A DNA stretch of 64,000 bases from Deltaproteobacteria bacterium (GTDB taxonomy: Bacteria > Myxococcota_A > Polyangia > Fen-1088): contig JANRKS010000031.1 in the NCBI GenBank assembly GCA_033763315.1, forward strand, positions 64,001 to 128,000, given 5' to 3'. Made by a program: the position numbers and the translations under genes. The notes under the pieces are model-generated. The model saw nothing but the letters and a program-made list of their open reading frames with translations, had not been told where the DNA came from and ran no database searches. Shown here piece by piece: positions 1 to 8,231 of the stretch (positions are counted from its first letter, which is position 1; each line of letters starts with the position of its first letter).

Positions 1-1572
1 CGTCTCGAAACGCAGCTTGTGATTCTTTCCATCACGCGGCACCTTGATTGGCATCGCCACTTTCTGGCCATCCAAAAGGGCAGAGACGCCTGTGCGTCCG
101 TTCTTCACGCGCACATAAACGAAGGGCTCGTTGTCTTCGCCAGCGCCCGGTGTCGCGGCGGGTTCGGCTGGTGCCACTGGTGCTGGGGCAGGCGCCGCGG
201 GGGCGGGCTCAGGCGTGGGTGCCTTAACAACAGGCTCGGGCGCCACCGGTGCGGTGACCACAGGCTCTGGTGGCGGTGGTGGCTGTAAGGCAGGCGCCGC
301 AGCGGGCATGGCAACCGGCGCAGGCGCCTTGGATCGCAAGGTGAAGTAGCCGCCCGCCACAAGGGCAACCACGGCGGCCACCGCGACGAGGGGCAGAGCG
401 CCCTTAGACTTTGCCGTCGTCGCATTCTTTTCGCCGGCGCCAGCGCTCAGCGTGGTGGAGCTGGCGCTTTTGGGCAAAGGCGTGGGCACAAGCGCCGCGG
501 CAGCCTGCCCCGAGATCAAACGCGTGCTGGAAATCGGAGCGCTGGGCTCCGCGGCTATCGGCGCCTGTGGTGCGTGAACGGGCGGCGCCGTGGCGGCCAG
601 TGCCGCAACTTTCTCCACGGCGTCGGCGGTGGGCAAGGCTTCGGTGGTGCGTTCGCCTTTGCGACCGGCGCTGGTCACCATGTATCCAACGCCCGGCAAC
701 ATCATCGTGCCTGCAAGCCCCATCTCGCTGGCGATCTTGCCCAACGCCTTCGTGATCGCCGCCATGTTTTCAGGCCGCGCTTCGGGCGCTTTGGCCAAAA
801 GCTTATCCACAAGATCGTCAAGGGACGCTGGCACTTCGGGGCGCAGCGATCGCACGCGTGGCGGTGGTTCGTGCAAGTGTGCGGCGATCAGTTCGCCGGG
901 AAACTCGTGGATGAAAGGCGGCCTGCCGGTGAGCATCGCAAACAAGATGCAGCCGAAGGCGTAGATGTCTGAACGCGCGTCCACATACCCGGCACCGCGG
1001 CATTGTTCGGGTGCCATGTAAAGCGGCGTGCCCAACATCATGCCCGTTTGGGTTTTTTGCATACCACCGGCCATTTTTCCGGAGATCTTGGCGATGCCGA
1101 AGTCGAGCAACTTCACCATCTCCAGCGCGGGATCCACGGGGCTGGGTATCAAGAACACGTTGTCGGGTTTCAGATCGCGGTGAACGATGCCCGCGGCGTG
1201 TGCCACGCCCACACCCACGGCGATTTGGCGCGCGAACTCCAAGGATTGCGGCACCGACAAGCGGTTCACCCGGCGCAAACGGCTGCCGAGGTTTTCGCCC
1301 TCAAGGTATTCCATGACCAAATAGGCGCTGCCATCTTTGGCGTGCCCGAAATCGATCACGTCCACCAGCGACGGGTGGCGCAGGCTTGCGGTGGCCTTTG
1401 CTTCATTGAAGAAGCGATCCACGGCTTCTTGGCGGTTGGAATACTCAGCGAGAAGAACTTTGATCGCGACCTTGCGATCGATCAACTTGTGGCGGCCTAA
1501 GAACACAGCGCCCATGCCACCAACGCCGATCTGATCGATGATCTCGTAGCTGCCGAGGGTTTCTCCAATCAT
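1..1572 (-). CDS. Ser/Thr protein kinase (Hanks type) with TM segment and Pro-rich, possibly PEGA-like C-terminus; 3' end runs off the window
   Basis: Hand translation from ATG 1572: MIGETLGSYEIIDQIGVGGMGAV..VAIK..HRDLKPDN..DFGIAK..GTPLYMAPEQ. It is absent from the ORF track because there is no stop in the window. Confidence 0.93.
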   Translation of the reverse strand, partial: MIGETLGSYEIIDQIGVGGMGAVFLGRHKLIDRKVAIKVLLAEYSNRQEAVDRFFNEAKATASLRHPSLVDVIDFGHAKDGSAYLVMEYLEGENLGSRLRRVNRLSVPQSLEFARQIAVGVGVAHAAGIVHRDLKPDNVFLIPSPVDPALEMVKLLDFGIAKISGKMAGGMQKTQTGMMLGTPLYMAPEQCRGAGYVDARSDIYAFGCILFAMLTGRPPFIHEFPGELIAAHLHEPPPRVRSLRPEVPASLDDLVDKLLAKAPEARPENMAAITKALGKIASEMGLAGTMMLPGVGYMVTSAGRKGERTTEALPTADAVEKVAALAATAPPVHAPQAPIAAEPSAPISSTRLISGQAAAALVPTPLPKSASSTTLSAGAGEKNATTAKSKGALPLVAVAAVVALVAGGYFTLRSKAPAPVAMPAAAPALQPPPPPEPVVTAPVAPEPVVKAPTPEPAPAAPAPAPVAPAEPAATPGAGEDNEPFVYVRVKNGRTGVSALLDGQKVAMPIKVPRDGKNHKLRFET

Positions 1573-1649
1573 TGGTGTTATGGGCTTTCAGGGGTTGGGG
1601 CCGCTGCGGTTGCGGCGCCTCAATTCTAATGCATCTAAGGCCGAACGCC

Positions 1650-3665
1650 CTAAGGCAGACTCAAGGTTCGCGTGGCGATTCCAGGTGCCCCGGCGTAGCC
1701 TGGCTCGGGGCCCGTGATCTCTGGGCCGCCCACACCTGGCAGGCCAACGACGATCATGTTGGTGTCCACCGCACCCACAGGATCGAGTCCCGTGGCCACG
1801 CTGTTAAAGAGCACAACGCCGGCCGACAGGCCACCGCGGCCGCCTTGGCCCGCGAGCCCCGGGCGTCCTTCAGAGCCATTGCCTCCATTGCCGCCGCGGC
1901 CCGTGCGGGTGTTGAAAAACGGAAATGGGTCGCCGCCTCTGCCGCCATTGCCGCCTTTGCCTCCGAGCGCTCCCGCACCGCCTCTGCCGCCATTGCCGCC
2001 GTTGGCTGTGGTGATGGAAAGGCAAGCCACGCTTGGGTTGGCAGATGAAACCAGAAGGCCGATGCTGGCGCCGCCGGCCAAGCCGCCTTCACCGCCAGGG
2101 CCGCCGTCGCCACCGCCGCCGCCCGCCCCGCCACTGGAGCCGGGTAGGGTTGTGCAGTTGATGGGGATGCCTCCAGGAGCGGCGCACACACCAAAAGACG
2201 AGCCACCACCCGAGCCACCGAAGCCCACGCTGCCCTTGGCGCCTGCGCTTCCGGGCGCGCCGATCCAGCTGGCAATGCCGCCGCTGGTCACAACCGTGCC
2301 CGCGGCTTGCGCCGGCGCCGGCGGGCGGCTGGTCAGCTCGGCAGCCGCGCCCATGCCACCCGGTGAGCCATCAAGCCCAAAAGGTGCTTGATTGATACAC
2401 ACGCACCCCGCCGTGCCCAAGGAATTGGTCATCCCGCCTGGGCCCCCAGGAACACCACCGTTGTCGCCCCCTTTTTCACCCACGATGCTCATGGCTGCAC
2501 CGCCATACCCGCCGGGTGAGCCCTGGTAACAGTTGGTCACAGACTCAAAGCCCATGGTGCGTGTGGGATTTTGTGGCGTGCCCCATTTTCCAGGGCAACC
2601 GTTCTGGCCCGGTTCGGGGCGGCGGCCATCGGCCCCCACGCCTCCGTTTTTGGCAATCAGGGTTGTGTTGATGAGACGCACGCGCGCCTCAGGAACCCCG
2701 GCGTCGGCGCCTGCATCGGGGGCGCCAGCGTCTGCCGCGGCGCCGGCCGGTGCCGGGACGTCCTGCAAGATGGCGGCGATTGACGAGGCACCAGGGCCGG
2801 CCGCGGCGGCTTCGAAGATGAAACCTTCCACCACATAAAGCCCGCCCACATCACCACGCGTGTAATCAGCCACAAACGGTACACCCGCTGCGGGCGCCAC
2901 CTTGGTGCGCGTCAGAGGATCGCGCGTTTTGAAATCAGCGGCGTAACCACCATACAAGGCAATGCCACGCGGCAGTCGCAAAGCCTCAGCGTAAACGATG
3001 GGTGCGCCCGCGGCGTCTTTGCTCGCGACGTAAATTTGATTTCGATCAGGGTCGGCGTCCGCCACCGAAATGGCGTATCCGATCGTCTTAAACGGCCGGG
3101 TTGGGTTGCGGCCATAACCTTCGGCGTCTTTGCCGGTGGCGCCATTGACCAGCAAGGCCGCCGCCAGGTAACCATCAACGCCATCGCCATCAAGGTCGGC
3201 GTTCGCCACGGTGCCACACGATTCGGCGGCCACCGCGCCAGGCGCGAGCAGCTGCATCGAATCGGGTACATCCCTTTGGCATTTTGTGTTGATGCCCGGA
3301 TCCATATCCAGCGTGCCGGCGGGGCAGGCGGTGCATTCGTAAAGCGGTGCGCGGTCGATGCACTTGGTGAGCGGATCACATGCGGCCAAGCCGGCGGCAC
3401 ATTCATCAATGTTCACGCACGAGGTTCCATCACCCACAAAACCGGCGGCACAGCGGCAGGCGTAGCCCGTGGCCTCTGCAACGCATGCGGCGTTGGTGCC
3501 GCAAGCGGTGGCACATCCGGCGGGTGCATCCACGCCGCCATCGCCAGTTCCCCCGGATGTTTTGATTTCACCGCACGCGGCCACCGCGCCCAAGCCGAGC
3601 AACGGCAACACACGACACAACGTCAACAAAGACCACTTCGCTTTTAGGTCACGGGGCGCACTCAT
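1650..3665 (-). CDS. Lipoprotein with EGF-like repeats, DUF1565-like motif and Gly-rich (PGRS-like) C-terminus
   Basis: Lipobox AVAAC; CAAGFVGDGTSCVNIDEC (Ca-EGF-like); PFKTIGYAI; long GGxGGxGG tracts. Start moved to ATG 3665. Confidence 0.75.
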   Translation of the reverse strand: MSAPRDLKAKWSLLTLCRVLPLLGLGAVAACGEIKTSGGTGDGGVDAPAGCATACGTNAACVAEATGYACRCAAGFVGDGTSCVNIDECAAGLAACDPLTKCIDRAPLYECTACPAGTLDMDPGINTKCQRDVPDSMQLLAPGAVAAESCGTVANADLDGDGVDGYLAAALLVNGATGKDAEGYGRNPTRPFKTIGYAISVADADPDRNQIYVASKDAAGAPIVYAEALRLPRGIALYGGYAADFKTRDPLTRTKVAPAAGVPFVADYTRGDVGGLYVVEGFIFEAAAAGPGASSIAAILQDVPAPAGAAADAGAPDAGADAGVPEARVRLINTTLIAKNGGVGADGRRPEPGQNGCPGKWGTPQNPTRTMGFESVTNCYQGSPGGYGGAAMSIVGEKGGDNGGVPGGPGGMTNSLGTAGCVCINQAPFGLDGSPGGMGAAAELTSRPPAPAQAAGTVVTSGGIASWIGAPGSAGAKGSVGFGGSGGGSSFGVCAAPGGIPINCTTLPGSSGGAGGGGGDGGPGGEGGLAGGASIGLLVSSANPSVACLSITTANGGNGGRGGAGALGGKGGNGGRGGDPFPFFNTRTGRGGNGGNGSEGRPGLAGQGGRGGLSAGVVLFNSVATGLDPVGAVDTNMIVVGLPGVGGPEITGPEPGYAGAPGIATRTLSLP

Positions 3666-3703
3666 GGCGCGCACAGCGTAACACTCTTGCGCAAAACCGT
3701 CGC

Positions 3704-4528
3704 CTACTTCGTGGCGCTGCGATGAATGGCGTGCAGCCAGCGCCACAACGTGGCGATCTCGGCGTTGCTTACATGGTTAAGCACCGGCATCGTGCCTTCG
3801 GTGAAACCCTTGACCTTTTCATGCAGGCTTGGGTGTTGGCTTTGATCGGTTTCGGCCAGGGGCGGCACCCGGCGGTAGGCGTCCATGTTGCTCAAGAAGT
3901 CGGGGCCGCGTTTGGCGCCCTGCCCGCCGATGCCATGGCAGCTTTGGCAATGTTTCAAGTAAAGGGGCCAGCCCGATCGATCGGGAAGGTGCCGTGTGGG
4001 TTGCGCGAGCCCGGCTTCATAAACCTTCCACGTGACCAGGCGAATGGCCTGCAGCTGCGTGGGGTAGTGCCAGAGGCTGTAAGTGGTGACTTCCTTTTTG
4101 TAGATGACTTTGGGGCACGTCAGATCAAACTTCTTTTGCACCGGATAGGTGGCGCCAAAGTGATTCAACACATCGCCGTGCTCGAACGCGACGAAGATGT
4201 TGTCCAGCTCGGCCGCGTCGCTGCGTTTGACGGGGATCTGCATGCCGTCCGCATAGATAAACACCACCGCGTCCACAGCTTTGGGTGCCTTGATATGCTT
4301 GAGCAACTCGGCCAACGAAACCCCGCGCACGTTGTGTTCGCGGCCGTCTTGCACATCATAGACGCTGGCCTGGTGTTGCACGTCACGCCCAAGTGAAAGC
4401 GTTTTGGCGGCCGTTGCAGCGCCTTTGATGGGCCCCCACTGCAGTGTAACCGCAGGGCTTTCGTCAGCCCATGCCACCTTGCCGCTGGCCACAACAAACA
4501 CCAAAGAACACAACAACACACTTCGCAT
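3704..4528 (-). CDS. Secreted c-type cytochrome domain protein
   Basis: Signal peptide; C-terminal LYLKHCQSCHGIGGQGAKRGPDF heme motif with distal GTMP Met. Confidence 0.75.
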   Translation of the reverse strand: MRSVLLCSLVFVVASGKVAWADESPAVTLQWGPIKGAATAAKTLSLGRDVQHQASVYDVQDGREHNVRGVSLAELLKHIKAPKAVDAVVFIYADGMQIPVKRSDAAELDNIFVAFEHGDVLNHFGATYPVQKKFDLTCPKVIYKKEVTTYSLWHYPTQLQAIRLVTWKVYEAGLAQPTRHLPDRSGWPLYLKHCQSCHGIGGQGAKRGPDFLSNMDAYRRVPPLAETDQSQHPSLHEKVKGFTEGTMPVLNHVSNAEIATLWRWLHAIHRSATK

Positions 4529-4633
4529 GGGTTGCCTTACAGCAAGGGTCGTGCCCCCGCTGTGGGGGCTTTATTCGGGCCGAGGCGCGCGCAAGCTGCG
4601 TTGCCCGCACGGGCGCCCGCACAGGTTGCGCGT

Positions 4634-5815
4634 TTACTTCAGCGAGGCAGGTCGACAGCCGAGGGGCACACGCCCCACAAGTTGCAATTCATCACCCTTG
4701 ACCGACAACACCGTGAGATCGCGATCGCGGAAATTGCCCGCGATCACGTGGCTGCCATCGGCGGCGAAGCGTGCGCCCTCGGCCATCGTGCCGACCTCTA
4801 TCGGGGTGTGTGCCGTCACCTGGCCCGTGGCGCTGATCGACAACAAACGCACTTGGCCCGTCTTGTGGGCGTAAGGCGCGTTGGGCGGGCTATTGCTGCC
4901 GTTGATCAGCACCACCGCCACGTGCGAACCGTCAGGGCTGATTGCCAACCCTTCAGGGCCGTCGCCCACGATCACCGCTTGTGACACACGCGGTTGCGCT
5001 TGCAAATCGATGACGCTCACGGCATCGGGGACGCCATCGGATCCTGTTTTGTCGCCCATGTTGCCCACGAACGCGAATCGGCCGTTCGGTGCGATGGCCA
5101 CGGAATAAGGAAATGGACCCACCTCCACACGGCCCGCCACCGTCACGGCTCGGCCGCTCACGTTCAACAGCGTGATCGATTGCGCGTCGTAGTTGCTCAC
5201 AAGGGCGCGCTTGCCATCGGGCGTAAACTTCACGTCGGCCGCTTCTGCGTCCACGCCGACCTCAGCTGTGACTTGCGGGGGCACAAGGCGCAGATCGATC
5301 ACAGAAACAGATCGACTCTTGCGGTTGGCCACCAGCGCCAGCGCGCCGTCGGGGGCAATGTCGACGCCTGATGGCTGCTTGCCAACGATCACTTGCGTGA
5401 CCATGTGTGCGGCGGCGGGGCGCAAGTCAATGACGTGCAGTTCATTGTCAGGCACGTTGCTCCACTTGCCGGCGTCCATCGTCATGCGAATGGAACTGGC
5501 GATAAGCGCGAGGCTACCGGTGCGTGACAGCACCAGGTTGGTTGGCGGCCCATAAACAGAATTGCGCAGGGGCAGTCGCGCCTTCACTTTGGGCTGCGCC
5601 GGGACGCCCAAGTCGAGAATCACCAACTCGTCAGCGCCCGGCGCGGCTGGTTGCAGGCCTGCGAAATCATCCCAGCCCGTTGTTTCGTCGCAACCCACCA
5701 AGGCGGTGGTGGCGGCATCAAGTGCAGCGCCAGCCTTTGACGCTGGGGTTGGCTTGTGAGCGCAGGCCGAAAACACAGCCAAACACAGCAGCGAATACGA
5801 AAAGCGTGGCGTCAT
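4634..5815 (-). CDS. YVTN/YncE-family beta-propeller lipoprotein
   Basis: Lipobox VFSAC after ATG 5815; repeats such as VGKQPSGVDIAPDG..ALVAN..SVSVID. Confidence 0.8.
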   Translation of the reverse strand: MTPRFSYSLLCLAVFSACAHKPTPASKAGAALDAATTALVGCDETTGWDDFAGLQPAAPGADELVILDLGVPAQPKVKARLPLRNSVYGPPTNLVLSRTGSLALIASSIRMTMDAGKWSNVPDNELHVIDLRPAAAHMVTQVIVGKQPSGVDIAPDGALALVANRKSRSVSVIDLRLVPPQVTAEVGVDAEAADVKFTPDGKRALVSNYDAQSITLLNVSGRAVTVAGRVEVGPFPYSVAIAPNGRFAFVGNMGDKTGSDGVPDAVSVIDLQAQPRVSQAVIVGDGPEGLAISPDGSHVAVVLINGSNSPPNAPYAHKTGQVRLLSISATGQVTAHTPIEVGTMAEGARFAADGSHVIAGNFRDRDLTVLSVKGDELQLVGRVPLGCRPASLK

Positions 5816-5908
5816 TGCCCCTTGCTTAAAACGAAAGCGCCCGCCAACGCAACCAGGCCGCGTGGCCAATGCCACATTTGGTGCCAAAGGCTGGCGTCCT
5901 GGCGGCGT

Positions 5909-7714
5909 GTGGCTCAAGTTAACGCCACCTTGGCACGCAACCGCAGCAAACTTGCCCCTGAAGAAAAAGCCCGCAACCCGAAGCTTTCGTTGAAGCGTTT
6001 GGTGGGGTTGGCTCGGCCGCAGCGCAAGCGCCTGGCCATTGCAACGGTGTTCCTGATTGTGGGGAGTGCGGCGTCTTTGGCATTTCCGCAAGGCGTGCGT
6101 CGGGTGATTGACGAGGCCTTGGCGGGGGCCAGCCCGGGCGCGCTGAACCGCGCGGCGATCATGATGGCGGTGGTGTCGCTGGTGTTCGGGTTATCGATCG
6201 CGTGTCGCTATGTCTTGTTCACGGTGGCGGGTGAGCGCGTGGTGGTGGATCTGCGGGCCAAGCTTTACCGCGCCATTTTGAATCAAGAGGTTGCCTTCTT
6301 CGACGCGCGCCGCACAGGTGAACTCACCAGCCGCCTGGCGTCCGATACGCAGGTGTTGCAAAACGCGGTCAGCGTGAATCTGTCGATGGCGTTGCGCAGT
6401 GGCGCGCAGGCCGTCGGGGCCATCGCTCTGCTTTTGTATACGTCCCCGATCTTGTCGGCGATCATGCTCTCCGTGGTGCCTGCGGTGGCGATGGGGGCCG
6501 TGATCTATGGCCGCCGCGTGCGCCGTTTGGCGCGCGACGTTCAGGACGCGCTGGCGTCAGCGGGCGAGATTGCCGAAGAAAGCATTGGCGGGCTGCGCAC
6601 CGTGCGAGCGTTCGCGGCTGAAGACATCGAAGGCGCTCGTTATCAATCTGCGGTGGAACGCTCTTTCGAGTTCGCGCGCAAACGCATCATTGCGGGCGGC
6701 ACGTTCATGGCTGTGGCTTCGTTTTCTGCGTATGCGTCGGCGGTGTTGGTGTTTTGGTATGGCGGTCGCTTGGTGGCCCGCGGCGATATGTCGATTGGCG
6801 GCCTCACATCGTTCTTGATGTACACGCTGATCGTCGCGTTTGCGTTGGGTGGCCTGGCTGATCTGTGGGCCGACTTCATGCGGGCCGCGGGCGCCGCGGA
6901 ACGCGTGTTTGATCTGCTGGACCGTGAACCTGCGATGTCCCTGACCGGCGGCGCCACGCTGCCCCATGTGCAGGGCCACGTTGAGCTGCAAGACGTGACG
7001 TTCGCTTACCCCACGCGCGCCGATGTGCCGGTGCTTGAAGGCCTGACGCTGCAACTGTTGCCCGGCGAGGTGGTGGCGGTGGTGGGGCCTTCGGGTGCGG
7101 GCAAATCAACGGTGGCTGCGCTCATCACGCGCTTTTACGATCCGCAAAGCGGTTCCTTAAAGCTTGACGAGCACGATCTGCGTCAACTCGACGCGCGTTG
7201 GTTGCGTTCGCAAATTGGTGTCGTCGCGCAAGAGCCTGTTTTGTTTTCGACCTCGATCGCCGAGAACATCCGTTACGGCAAGCCGGGCGCCAGCGAAGCC
7301 GAGGTGCAAGACGCCGCGCGCGCAGCGAACGCACACGACTTCGTGCTGCGTTTCCCGCAGGGCTATCAAACGCCCGTGGGTGAACGCGGGGTGCAACTCT
7401 CCGGCGGCCAGAAGCAACGCATCGCGATCGCTCGTGCCTTGCTCAAGAACCCACGCGTGCTTATCTTGGACGAGGCCACCAGCGCTTTGGATGCGGAGAG
7501 CGAGCATTTGGTGCAAGAAGCCTTGGAGCGTCTCATGCAAGGGCGCACCACCTTGATCATCGCGCACCGGCTGTCGACCGTGATGCGAGCGGATCGCGTG
7601 GTGGTTCTGAGCGGCGGCCGTGTGGCGCAAAGCGGCTCTCACGCCAGCTTGGTTAAAGAAGAGGGCCTTTACCGTCGCTTGGTGGAACGTCAGTTCGCCT
7701 TGGATGTTGCGTAA
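5909..7714 (+). CDS. ABC exporter, fused permease/ATPase (MsbA/ABCB-like)
   Basis: TM domain; Walker A GPSGAGKS; LSGGQKQR signature; ILDEATSALD; IAHRLST. The start (GTG 5909) is uncertain. Confidence 0.93.
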   Translation: MAQVNATLARNRSKLAPEEKARNPKLSLKRLVGLARPQRKRLAIATVFLIVGSAASLAFPQGVRRVIDEALAGASPGALNRAAIMMAVVSLVFGLSIACRYVLFTVAGERVVVDLRAKLYRAILNQEVAFFDARRTGELTSRLASDTQVLQNAVSVNLSMALRSGAQAVGAIALLLYTSPILSAIMLSVVPAVAMGAVIYGRRVRRLARDVQDALASAGEIAEESIGGLRTVRAFAAEDIEGARYQSAVERSFEFARKRIIAGGTFMAVASFSAYASAVLVFWYGGRLVARGDMSIGGLTSFLMYTLIVAFALGGLADLWADFMRAAGAAERVFDLLDREPAMSLTGGATLPHVQGHVELQDVTFAYPTRADVPVLEGLTLQLLPGEVVAVVGPSGAGKSTVAALITRFYDPQSGSLKLDEHDLRQLDARWLRSQIGVVAQEPVLFSTSIAENIRYGKPGASEAEVQDAARAANAHDFVLRFPQGYQTPVGERGVQLSGGQKQRIAIARALLKNPRVLILDEATSALDAESEHLVQEALERLMQGRTTLIIAHRLSTVMRADRVVVLSGGRVAQSGSHASLVKEEGLYRRLVERQFALDVA

Positions 7715-7763
7715 CGCTTAAGTGCGCCTCGCAAAATGGCGATGTGGCCAGGGGGCGTCGCAT

Positions 7764-8105
7764 ATGGTGGTGGACGAAGAAGCTCTGTATGAGGCTATGG
7801 GCCAAGACGAGGACACGGTTCGCGCCGTGGTGGCCACCTTTCTGCGCGCGCTCGACGCTTACCAAGCCGAGCTCGAGGCTTGTTTGGCGGATGGGGGCAG
7901 CCAAGCGGTGCGGGAAGTGGCGCACAAGCTCAAAGGCGCGCTTGCCAATCTGCGCGCGAACGAGGCGCGCGCTTACGCTGAGGCGCTGGAGATGGCCGCG
8001 AAAGAGTCACGCAACGCTGATTTCGCGTCGCTGGCCGTGGCCCTAAGCAAAGGCATGCGTGATGTGCGCTTCTTCTTTCAAGCGTGGTCGGCAGCACACC
8101 ATTGA
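7764..8105 (+). CDS. Stand-alone Hpt (histidine phosphotransfer) domain protein
   Basis: AHKLKGALANLRA Hpt motif in a small helical protein. Confidence 0.85.
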   Translation: MVVDEEALYEAMGQDEDTVRAVVATFLRALDAYQAELEACLADGGSQAVREVAHKLKGALANLRANEARAYAEALEMAAKESRNADFASLAVALSKGMRDVRFFFQAWSAAHH

Positions 8106-8231
8106 CTACGTTGAGCCAGGATGTGAGTGGCAGAGGTTGATGAGCGTGCGTGCCGGCGTTGCATCCACGCTTGACGCTTCACTACCGACGGCGCCGATGG
8201 TCCCGGGGCAGTGTTGCGCTCAAGGAGTCGA

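Noticed and set aside
5860-5950. Two TGGCAC words near the YVTN and ABC gene starts as sigma54 sites
   Set aside because: GG-to-GC spacing is off by one base in both.
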